IMG/VR virus record: IMGVR_UViG_2875535316_000001
Location: 1-64,000 of that record
DNA: 64,000 nt
Direction: 5' to 3' (one strand)
From: a virus
Lineage: Duplodnaviria; Caudoviricetes
Shown here: piece after piece, positions 18,385 to 26,328 of the stretch
Layout: each line of letters starts with the position of its first letter
Position numbering within the stretch: position 1 is the first letter of the stretch
Notes under the pieces: generated by a model
The model's database searches: none
Seen by the model: the letters and a program-made list of their open reading frames with translations, nothing else
Told to the model about the DNA's origin: nothing
Program-made: the position numbers and the translations under genes

Positions 18385-19089
18385 CCGGCGCACGAACACA
18401 TAGCGGCGCATGAACTGCTCGATGGTCATCAGCTCCGTCTGGTGGGCGTTGACTCGCTCGATTTCAATATCTACGCCCTGCAGGGTTGCCTTGTCGCTCA
18501 CGTCCATGGACTTTAGGAACCATTCGCGGCGCTGGTGCGGCAAGCTAAACTTGGGGTTCTCGGTGAAGATATCGCCCAGCACCCAGTTGATTGGCTTGCC
18601 CATGTCCAGCTTTTGTACTTTGGGCTGTGGCGGCTCCTGCACCGGCGCCGGTTCGGGCTCAGGCAAAGGATCTGCCACCAGCTGCGGGTCATCGGCAAAG
18701 TAAGCCACGGGCGGCAGTGCTGGCGCTTGCTCCCACACTTCCGCTTCTTTGTTCAGAACCCGCACCGGATCGGCGCCGACACCCTCCGGGATGGGGTCAC
18801 GCATCAGGGGCGCCAGCTCGGGACTGGCCAGCAGCTCGGCAAACGACTGGATCGACACGCGCTGCGCTTCGGGCAAGCCGTCGAAGTACTCCTGCTGACC
18901 AAGCGGCTCCACTTCTACGCAGTCAATCCCGATCGGCACCAGCGCTTTGCGCAAATGCGCCAGCAGCACGGGCCGCGCCGAACCGGTCACTACCAGCACT
19001 TTGCGGGCCTGGGCGGCGTGCTGCTCGATCCTGGTCAGCTCCTGTACCACTTCCGCTACGCCCATGCTTTCCACCTGCTGTCCGCTCAT
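18364..19089 (-). CDS. Hypothetical protein
   Basis: ATG 19089 with AAGGA RBS; preceded by a late-type element at 19121-19164. Confidence 0.65.
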   Translation of the reverse strand: MSGQQVESMGVAEVVQELTRIEQHAAQARKVLVVTGSARPVLLAHLRKALVPIGIDCVEVEPLGQQEYFDGLPEAQRVSIQSFAELLASPELAPLMRDPIPEGVGADPVRVLNKEAEVWEQAPALPPVAYFADDPQLVADPLPEPEPAPVQEPPQPKVQKLDMGKPINWVLGDIFTENPKFSLPHQRREWFLKSMDVSDKATLQGVDIEIERVNAHQTELMTIEQFMRRYVFVRRAETPAE

Positions 19090-19174
19090 TGCCCGAATTC
19101 CTTGAGTTGGTTGAACCTGAATTATTGCGCCCGCTGCAGGCGCCACTCGCCGGCACCTTTGCGCCCCTGAGCCA

Positions 19175-19203
19175 CAAAAAAGCCCGCGATCGGCGGGCTT
19201 CTT
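19175..19203 (-). terminator. Intrinsic terminator
   Basis: AAGCCCGC-CGATC-GCGGGCTT followed by a T-run on the minus strand. Confidence 0.75.
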
Positions 19204-19222
19204 CTGGCGCTGTGGGAGCGCG

Positions 19223-19660
19223 CTACGCGGCACGCTTGAGGCGGCGCGAAACGGTGCCGTCCTTGTTCAGGGTGGCCTGGTAGGCCTCGACCTGGCGCGC
19301 GATCGCCAGCAGTTGGTCACCATCGAATGCCATTTCTACGCGGGAGGTGGTCATTAGGAAGCTGACCATGGGCTTATCGTGGCGACGGTTATGGCCGTGC
19401 ACCCGGATTCGCGGCCCTTCTACCTCGATCTTGTTGATGACGCTGGCCACCTTCTTGTAGCCGTAGTTGAACCACATCATGTCGCCTACCTTGAGGTCGG
19501 CGGCCGATTGGGTCAGCAGGGTGATCATGTGCTTGCGGGCGGCCATGCCCCGGCGAGTCAGCTTCACGCCGGTGTGCTTGCATGCGTAGCAACGAGCGGT
19601 CGCGCCCTTGCAGTACGCACAGGCCTTCACTTCAAAGTCAGGGGTGTACGGGTTGGTCAT
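19223..19660 (-). CDS. Hypothetical protein with N-terminal CxxC-CxxC zinc finger
   Basis: CAYCKG..CYACKHTG; own sigma70-like promoter TTTACG-N17-TACTAT upstream. Confidence 0.7.
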   Translation of the reverse strand: MTNPYTPDFEVKACAYCKGATARCYACKHTGVKLTRRGMAARKHMITLLTQSAADLKVGDMMWFNYGYKKVASVINKIEVEGPRIRVHGHNRRHDKPMVSFLMTTSRVEMAFDGDQLLAIARQVEAYQATLNKDGTVSRRLKRAA

Positions 19661-19814
19661 CGTTACGTTCTCTGGCTGAGTTTGTCCTTGAAGTGCCGAT
19701 AGTAATGGCCACTTGCAGTCACGTAAACCTGTTTTCGCGCGTTCGCGCTTTGGTGCTTACGCGCGTTCGCATCTTGTCAGGCACAAAAAAACCCGCAACG
19801 AGGCGGGCTGTCTG

Positions 19815-20002
19815 GGCTACCTGCTGGGTAGCTCATAGATACTTTCAGCTACTTCTAGCTACTCGTTAGCTAGCTATTAGCTACCTGAAAGTAGCTGATA
19901 GGTATCTGAGAGTATCTTTTAGGTATCTGTCTGGTAGCGGTGAGTACTTGGTAGATACCTGCGCGGTACCTACCTGGTAGCGCTGGCTACCAATTAGTAT
20001 CC
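19815..20002. repeat. Centromere-like array downstream of the par operon
   Basis: Many AG(C/A)TAC / GTA(G/T)CT hexamers at about 10-11 bp spacing in a non-coding, lower-GC tract. Confidence 0.7.
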
Positions 20003-20056
20003 ATCAGGCATAGAAAAGCCCGCACTGGGCGGGCCTCTCCATGCAAGGGTGTCCCC

Positions 20057-20470
20057 TTACTTTTTCTTGCTGTCGCGTTCTTCCAGGGCATCCAGGGCGA
20101 TGGAGAGCAGGTCGCTCAGCATCCGAATGCCGCGGTCCTCCGCCATCTTGTAGAAGCGCTCGGCTTCTTCCTCGGTGGCCTTGATGTTCAGCTGAATGCG
20201 CGGCTTGGCGGCGCCGAAACGCCGGCGCTTCTTCACCGGCTTCGCTTCTGCAGGGGCAGCTGGTCGAGCTTCGCGGGAGTGGAACCCGTTCGCCTCCGCC
20301 AGCTGGTCGATGGCGTCCTGTGGCAGGCCGGCCACTGCACCTTGCTCGCCTTCGGCTTTAGCCTTGAACTTGCCAAGGTTGGCAAAGGGTTTCACCACCT
20401 CGGCAGTTTTCTTGGGTTCATCCGCTGCGGGCAGATTGTTGGCCTGGGGAGTTCGTTCTGGGTCGCTCAT
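20057..20470 (-). CDS. Small partition adaptor/centromere-binding protein (ribbon-helix-helix type)
   Basis: Coupled to parA; disordered N-terminus, C-terminal RIQLNIKATEEEAERFYKMAEDRG..LSDLL. Confidence 0.7.
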   Translation of the reverse strand: MSDPERTPQANNLPAADEPKKTAEVVKPFANLGKFKAKAEGEQGAVAGLPQDAIDQLAEANGFHSREARPAAPAEAKPVKKRRRFGAAKPRIQLNIKATEEEAERFYKMAEDRGIRMLSDLLSIALDALEERDSKKK

Positions 20471-21162
20471 GCGGCAGCCTCTGTAATTTCATTGAGTCGA
20501 GTAACAACCTCTGCCGCGAAGGCCTCGGCGTTCTCGATCGCGTTGGGAATGCCTGGCACCTCTGCCGGGTCCAGCTGCTCTAGCGAGCACTTGAACTTGA
20601 ACATGGCCTTGAAGGCGTCTCGGTCCTTCAATTCGACCTCAAACAGCGGCAGCTCAGCTTCTTCCAGGTCCTCACGCAGACCGCGCGTAATACGAGTCTC
20701 GTAGGCCGCGGCGGTACGGGTCAGCAGGATTGCGTAGGGCAGCCTGTAGTCTGGCTTGAAGCGCTGAATAGCCATTTCCTGATCGGTGACCAGCTTGATC
20801 GCCTTACCGGCTTCGTCAGCGTCCAGGTGAGAGCCCTGCATAGGGATGATCACATAGTCGGTGTACTGCAGCGCGTTGACGACGATCTTGGCAGCCGTAC
20901 CTTCCAGGTCCACCAGCACGAACGGGTGAACCTTGGCCGCCTCGCGGATGGTGTCCGCAATGTTGTTCTCGTTTACGTCTGGAATGACCACCAGGCCAGC
21001 GGGGCAATTTCCGGCCACTGCCCAGTTTTTCAACGGGGTGTTCGGGTCAGCGTCAAGCAGCGCAACGTCAGCACCTTGCTTAACCAGCTGCAGTGCCAGG
21101 TTGAGCATGGAAGTGGTTTTGCCGGCGCCGCCCTTCGGGCTGACTGCGGAAATAGTAGGCAT
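20467..21162 (-). CDS. parA: ParA Walker-box partition ATPase (short, type Ib)
   Basis: SPKGGAGKTT, LLDADPN and LVDLEG motifs; ATG 21162 with AGGAG RBS. Confidence 0.93.
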   Translation of the reverse strand: MPTISAVSPKGGAGKTTSMLNLALQLVKQGADVALLDADPNTPLKNWAVAGNCPAGLVVIPDVNENNIADTIREAAKVHPFVLVDLEGTAAKIVVNALQYTDYVIIPMQGSHLDADEAGKAIKLVTDQEMAIQRFKPDYRLPYAILLTRTAAAYETRITRGLREDLEEAELPLFEVELKDRDAFKAMFKFKCSLEQLDPAEVPGIPNAIENAEAFAAEVVTRLNEITEAAA

Positions 21163-21166
21163 TCGG

Positions 21167-21410
21167 GGTATCTCCTGATAGGTACAAGTATCTGGCTGGT
21201 AGTTGTAAGTAGCTGAGAGTAGCCACAAGTAGCCAAATTACCACGCTAGCTCTGGCTATCAAATAGGTATCTGTGGCTATCCAAAGATACTTATCAGATA
21301 TCTAGAAGGTAGCTATAGGTACTTGATCGCTACCAATCAGATATCTTTTAGGTTTCTTTCGCTATCCAAAAGGTACTTTACGCTACCTAAAAGCTACTTT
21401 CAGGTAGCTA
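21167..21410. repeat. Centromere/operator-like array upstream of parA
   Basis: Same GTA(G/T)C(T/C) / AG(C/A)TA hexamers at about 10 bp spacing. Confidence 0.7.
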
Positions 21411-21419
21411 ATAAGCATA

Positions 21420-21447
21420 GAAAAGCCCGCAAAAGCGGGCTTTTTTG
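21420..21447. terminator. Bidirectional intrinsic terminator after the DarA-like gene
   Basis: AAAAGCCCGC-AAAA-GCGGGCTTTTTT. Confidence 0.85.
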
Positions 21448-21467
21448 TGAGCAGTAAGGGGAGGGCG

Positions 21468-24400
21468 CTACAGCGCTTCGGCAGTCTTGCGCAGGGCGTA
21501 ATCGCGGTATGCGTTGGATGCCTCGCCAAACAGGTCTTTCAGTTCGGCCTCGCCCCACTTGGCGTAGATATCTTCGAGTCGCGCCAGCACCTCAGAAGGG
21601 CTGCCCAGGTCGGCGGTACCTTCAATCAGGCTATCGAGAAACGCCTTCGCTGCTTTCAATTGATCATCCTCGTCTGGCTCCGGGGGTGTCGGTTGCGGGG
21701 CAGCGGCTGGCGCCGGTGCAGGGGCTGAGAACATATCCCCTTGCTCGATGGCAAACAAGCCCTCGCCGTACTCCTGCTCAAGCTTGCGGTTGGCCGCTCC
21801 CACGATATCGGTGAAGCTGGCCGGGGCATCGCCAAACAGTCCGGCTGTCTGCTTGCGGGCGTTCTCGCTCTCCACGAACTGCGCCATGGCCTTGAACGCG
21901 GTACCCATGCGCTTGGCGCTGCGGTTGTTCTGGTGGATGAACATGGCCATGGCCGCGACGGCAGGGTCGGTACCGCCGAACATATCGCCCTGGCGCAGGA
22001 ACTCGTCCAGGCCCAGCCCGGAGTCCTTCGCCTGGCGCAGCACGTTGGTGGCGCCGATGATGGCGTTTACCGCTTCCTGGTTAAGGGACAGCTCCACAGA
22101 GTCGGTGACCTTGCCGCCGGCTTCCTCGGTGCCCACCAGGTCGTGTTCCTTGGCCCGCATGAAGTCGGGCGCTGCACTGTTGAGCGCAGCCACGATGTTG
22201 GCAATCTCGGGCTTGGCCACGTCGGCCGTCATTTCCAGCAGGCGGTCGTCCGAGTAGGCGCCAGCAAACAGCGCGGCCTGCAGGCGGCTGATCAGGCTGC
22301 TGGTGGGCTTGCCCTCAGTGGTCAGGTACTGCGCCGCCTCGGCATCGCCCAGGGACTGCAGGAACGCCGCCACAAAGTCACGGTTAGCCGCGCTGTTGAG
22401 GTCACCGTCTGCCAGCTTGGCCAGCATGGCGGCATCAAGGCGCCGGGCATCGCTACGGGCCTTTTCGGTGGCCGTCTGCGCCAGCTTGTCGTCCTGGTTG
22501 GCCTCCACAGCGAACGCCACGCGGTCCACGGCGGTTTTACGCACCCGCACCAGCACCGGCGCTTTCAGGCGCTGGATCTTGGCCACGTCGACGCCGAAGT
22601 ACTCCGCGTTTTCCACCAGCCATTCGCGGTACTCGTCGGCGGCGCCAATGCGATAGGCCTCACGCACGGCCATGGCGCGCCCGTTGCCCGACTCCACCAC
22701 CCGGTCAGGGCCGACAATGGGAGCGCCGCTATCGGCGCGCTGGGTGCGTCCCAGGCTGTCAGGATCAAGGTTGCGGGCGGTCTTCTGCACCCAGGCCTGC
22801 GACGTGCTGCGGGCGCGATCGCGCGGCTGAATCTCCGCTGGGTAGTCCGGGTTCGCGGTGCCGTCCGTTTCGTGGCTGATTACCAGGTTGCTGGCGTCGA
22901 TGATCTTGAACCCGGTGACCAGCTTGGTGCCCTTGGCCGTCTTGACGGTGTTGTCGCGGCCTTCTGGCGCGATTTCGCCGGTGTCGTCATCACCAGCTGG
23001 CGCATTGCGTAGCGCCGCCTCAGCGTCTGCCTGGGCCTTTTGCTCTGCCAGCTCGGCCAGATGCGCCGCCAGCATGGCTTCCTCTTCTGGGGTCTGCGGC
23101 TGTACAGCGGATGCCGCCTGCACCGCGGCTGCGGCCTCTTGGGCGGTCTTGCCCTCGGCGTGCATCTTGCCCAGCAGGCCCTCGTGGGGCATGGCGATCG
23201 CGTCAGCGTCACCGCGGCCGATATCCAGCAACGCCGCCAAGGCATCGAGCACGTCGCCTTCCCATTCCTGATACGGCTGCTGGCCTGGCGGCTCAGCTGC
23301 AGCAGGTTGAGGTTTCGGTACCCGCGCAGGATCGGCCTTCGCCGCCGCCAGTTGGGCGGTCAGGCTCTCGATCTGCTTGTCCAGGTCGGCCAGCTCGCCG
23401 GTTTTCTCGGCCTCGGCCGCCTTCAAGGCCTCGACCTGGGCGTCACGCTCGGCCTTGTTGGTGTTGGCCTGGATAAACTTGGCGCTGTTCTTCTCCACCA
23501 GTTTCATGACCCGTCGCGCCACCTCACGCGGGTTCAGGTCCTGGCCCTTTTCGGGCGCCACCGTAATGGTGATGTCCTTTTTGTTCAGCACCCACTTCCA
23601 GCTCACCATCTCATCGGTAGGGGTCAGCTTGTTCGGCGTGGTGTCGGGGTTATGGAAGAACACGCTGACGCTCTGGCCATCGTCCATCAGGAACAGCATG
23701 GCCAGCTGGGTGGTGCCGCGGTTCTTGAAGGGCTTGCTGACCTCGACGCTCTCGGCCTTCACGCCGGTGGCGGCCATCTGCATCACGCGCAGCAGCTGAT
23801 TGGCCTTGCGCTCGAACTGTTGCACCTCGATCACCATGGCATCGAGCATGGCGCCGTCGTCAGTACTCAAGTACTCCACCAGGTCGGCCATGTTGGCAGC
23901 GTCCATCATCTGGCCGCCCTGGTCGTTGCGGCGCAGGCCGGCGATCACGTCGCCCAGGGTGTCGCCTACTGGCATGCGCTTGTCATCCCAGCGCACGAAT
24001 ACGTCGGAGGTGTTCAAATCTTCGTCCTTCTTCCACAGGTCCACAGGCTCAAGGCGCACGCTCAGGTCGCCATGTTTCAGCCAGAACTTGAATTGCTTGA
24101 TGCTGCAGGGCGTCAGGCTGCCCAGCCCGGTCCAGCCCTTTTCGTAGCTGTTCATGTAGGCGTCACGCGCCGATTGCTCGTCGGCAAAGCCCAGCAGCAC
24201 CTTGTGTTCGTCAAAGGTGCCGTCGCGCTTCACCTGGTTGACGACAAACACGCGCAGGCTCTCGGGCACGGGCCCCACAAACACGTCTACCGCGTCACCG
24301 TCGGCGCCTACGGTGCCGTTGATATAGCCGTAGTGCGCCATGCACAGAACTGACCAGGGCGCGCCATCGGTCTTGCCGCGGCGAGGCTGGAACATGGGCG

Positions 24401-24551
24401 TTTCAATGGTGATGGGCATGCCATGCAGGCGCGTGGCGCCCTTGGCATAGTTCCCGGCGCGGATTTGCTCGGGGGTGGGGGTGGCGCGGGAGCCGGCGCC
24501 GAACGCGCCAGCGTGGGCCGCGCTCTGTAGTGCTGCAAACGTGTCTGCCAT
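21468..24551 (-). CDS. DarA-like polyvalent fusion: inorganic pyrophosphatase-like, DarA N-domain, DdrB-type ParB-like domain, DarA C-domain
   Basis: HYGYINGTVGADGDAVDVF..FDEHKVLLGF (InPase); DDGQSVSVFFH..LNKKDIT..EKNSAKF (DarA); QPRDR..GAPIV..VESGNGR (ParB-like). Confidence 0.85.
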   Translation of the reverse strand: MADTFAALQSAAHAGAFGAGSRATPTPEQIRAGNYAKGATRLHGMPITIETPMFQPRRGKTDGAPWSVLCMAHYGYINGTVGADGDAVDVFVGPVPESLRVFVVNQVKRDGTFDEHKVLLGFADEQSARDAYMNSYEKGWTGLGSLTPCSIKQFKFWLKHGDLSVRLEPVDLWKKDEDLNTSDVFVRWDDKRMPVGDTLGDVIAGLRRNDQGGQMMDAANMADLVEYLSTDDGAMLDAMVIEVQQFERKANQLLRVMQMAATGVKAESVEVSKPFKNRGTTQLAMLFLMDDGQSVSVFFHNPDTTPNKLTPTDEMVSWKWVLNKKDITITVAPEKGQDLNPREVARRVMKLVEKNSAKFIQANTNKAERDAQVEALKAAEAEKTGELADLDKQIESLTAQLAAAKADPARVPKPQPAAAEPPGQQPYQEWEGDVLDALAALLDIGRGDADAIAMPHEGLLGKMHAEGKTAQEAAAAVQAASAVQPQTPEEEAMLAAHLAELAEQKAQADAEAALRNAPAGDDDTGEIAPEGRDNTVKTAKGTKLVTGFKIIDASNLVISHETDGTANPDYPAEIQPRDRARSTSQAWVQKTARNLDPDSLGRTQRADSGAPIVGPDRVVESGNGRAMAVREAYRIGAADEYREWLVENAEYFGVDVAKIQRLKAPVLVRVRKTAVDRVAFAVEANQDDKLAQTATEKARSDARRLDAAMLAKLADGDLNSAANRDFVAAFLQSLGDAEAAQYLTTEGKPTSSLISRLQAALFAGAYSDDRLLEMTADVAKPEIANIVAALNSAAPDFMRAKEHDLVGTEEAGGKVTDSVELSLNQEAVNAIIGATNVLRQAKDSGLGLDEFLRQGDMFGGTDPAVAAMAMFIHQNNRSAKRMGTAFKAMAQFVESENARKQTAGLFGDAPASFTDIVGAANRKLEQEYGEGLFAIEQGDMFSAPAPAPAAAPQPTPPEPDEDDQLKAAKAFLDSLIEGTADLGSPSEVLARLEDIYAKWGEAELKDLFGEASNAYRDYALRKTAEAL

Positions 24552-24577
24552 GGCTGTCGCCTCGGATGAAAGCACAC

Positions 24578-24620
24578 ACGATATAGCGCCAGCACGGGCG
24601 CTCCTGGGCGCGCTTTCCGC
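24578..24620 (-). promoter_or_regulatory. Late-type promoter for the DarA-like gene
   Basis: GCGGAAA-N30-TATCGT. Confidence 0.6.
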
Positions 24621-24663
24621 CGATCGGCGGGCACAAAAAAGGCGCCTGGTTGGCGCCTTGTGC

Positions 24664-24999
24664 TCAGACCTGTTCTGTCGAGCTCCACGAAATTGTTTTA
24701 CCCCGGAATGGTACTTCCAAATCGTTACCAACCACCTGCTGGGGTCTCAAAGGGTTGGTAGGCATATTGCCAATGATTTTGCCAACGATCTGGCTGGTTA
24801 TCTCAAGCTCGCCATGGTTCACGATGTTGCGGCATACCTGGCCAGACACCACTGCCTTGCCGCCAGGCTCAATGATTAACCCGCCAGCCAACTGGTCATT
24901 AGCGATCAGCAAGCCGCCAGCTTTCACGTAGGTGGTTCCAGTGACTTGGCCAGAAGTCTCATGCCGGCCGGTGACAATCAAATCGCCTTTATGCTGCAT
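24664..24999 (-). CDS. Small Gly/Val/Ile beta-repeat protein (bactofilin-like?)
   Basis: Repeating x-G-x-[VLI] units; lower GC; bracketed by hairpin terminators at about 24633-24660 and 25040-25069. Confidence 0.55.
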   Translation of the reverse strand: MQHKGDLIVTGRHETSGQVTGTTYVKAGGLLIANDQLAGGLIIEPGGKAVVSGQVCRNIVNHGELEITSQIVGKIIGNMPTNPLRPQQVVGNDLEVPFRGKTISWSSTEQV

Positions 25000-25076
25000 A
25001 CCAGGTTCTCGTCCAGAGGTGCGGAAAGCCTCTCCACGCACAAAAAAGGCGCCTCCGCGGGGCGCCTTCACCAATG

Positions 25077-25346
25077 TCAGTTGCCTTTGGCGGCCCTGGC
25101 GGCTTCCCGGCGGTCGATCTTGCGTTGCCGGTGGCGCTCAAGGGCTTCGTCAAAGTACTGGTCTGCCTTGCCGTCCAGGTCACGCATGCGGTGAGCCTCC
25201 AGCAGCAGGTTGAGCAGGTCAGACGGACGGGAAAGCCCCAGCTCGGCAGTAGCAGTGCGCAGCGTCAGGTTGTTGCTGTGCAGCAGGTGCGCGTTAAAGC
25301 GGATGATTTCCTCACCCTGCTGGTCATTGGCTGTCTTGGAGGTCAT
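25077..25346 (-). CDS. Hypothetical protein, possibly RHH-type DNA binding
   Basis: IRFNAHL..LRTATAELGLSRPSDLLNLLLE; AGGTG RBS. Confidence 0.55.
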   Translation of the reverse strand: MTSKTANDQQGEEIIRFNAHLLHSNNLTLRTATAELGLSRPSDLLNLLLEAHRMRDLDGKADQYFDEALERHRQRKIDRREAARAAKGN

Positions 25347-25492
25347 TGCTCACCTGAAAACTTGTATGGGCTGCGCATCGGCGCTTTCGCAGGATCATAA
25401 AGCAAAAGGCGCGTTCGCGCCAATGCGCGTTAGCAGCTTTCGCGCCCACAAAAAAGCCCAGCAGGTGCTGGGCTCTGTATCTGCCGCGCTGC

Positions 25493-25750
25493 TTACAGGC
25501 CGGCGATCTGCTGGGGCACTACGGGTTCTCGCATGCCGTTGGCGTCCACGATCACTTCCTCGCGTGCCTGGGTATTAGCGCCAGGCCACGAACCTTCCTC
25601 AATCATCATCCGGGTGAACTCGGCGTCTGCGACTTCTTGCTCATAGTCGTCGACGCCAAGGAGGCCGACAACGATGGCGAATGCGGCGCCGAGAAGCAAA
25701 GTCCTGACCGGGCCGAAGTACTGCGGGGCGTTACGATCTTGCGGGCTCAT
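25493..25750 (-). CDS. Small single-TM membrane protein
   Basis: LLLGAAFAIVVGLLGV segment; sigma70-like promoter TTTACA-N17-TAATGT at 25790-25818. Confidence 0.6.
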   Translation of the reverse strand: MSPQDRNAPQYFGPVRTLLLGAAFAIVVGLLGVDDYEQEVADAEFTRMMIEEGSWPGANTQAREEVIVDANGMREPVVPQQIAGL

Positions 25751-25866
25751 GGGGTGGTCCTTATCTGGCTGATAGGTACTACGGAAAGGACATTAGCATT
25801 ACGTTTATTTTATGTAAACGGATTCAATATCAAATAATGTATTAACCAGCGAAATAAGGGGCAAGA

Positions 25867-26328
25867 ATGAAGATCATGGTAACGGTCGCAGGCTACGGCG
25901 GCGCGGGCTCAGCCCCTATTACATTGGCTGCAACGCTCGATGACGCCACCGCCGTGATGACGGTGCTCAAGGAAATTAAGTACAGGGATAAACCAGACAA
26001 GGGGTATGCCTTCGTGACCAACCTCAAGCTTCCGGCCTATGACTGCTTGTTCACTGAGGAACACCTGCAGGGCGCAATCCTGTCGTACCGGGAATCCGAA
26101 GGCCTGGGCAGCTTTGTGATGCACGACAACATGATGCGACACCGCCCGCGCATCGAAACGGACGGCATCGATCCAAAGGGCCAGAAGTACCGGCTACCTG
26201 GTGATATCAACAACGGGGAGATAGCGGTGCTGGCGCTGGCCTACTTCCAGTCGCGCCAGCGCTCTGTGGGTGCTCTCGCAGGCCAAATAGACCGCGTTAC
26301 TAGCATGTACGACATTCTGTCGTTTTAG
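25867..26328 (+). CDS. Hypothetical protein; only plus-strand phage gene inside the structural region
   Basis: 153-aa ORF with AAGGGG RBS behind an AT-rich divergent promoter region; stop overlaps the hdf-like stop. Confidence 0.7.
   Translation: MKIMVTVAGYGGAGSAPITLAATLDDATAVMTVLKEIKYRDKPDKGYAFVTNLKLPAYDCLFTEEHLQGAILSYRESEGLGSFVMHDNMMRHRPRIETDGIDPKGQKYRLPGDINNGEIAVLALAYFQSRQRSVGALAGQIDRVTSMYDILSF

Noticed and set aside
25021-25063. Plus-strand GCGGAAA as another late promoter
   Set aside because: No -10-like hexamer 30 nt downstream and no gene in that orientation
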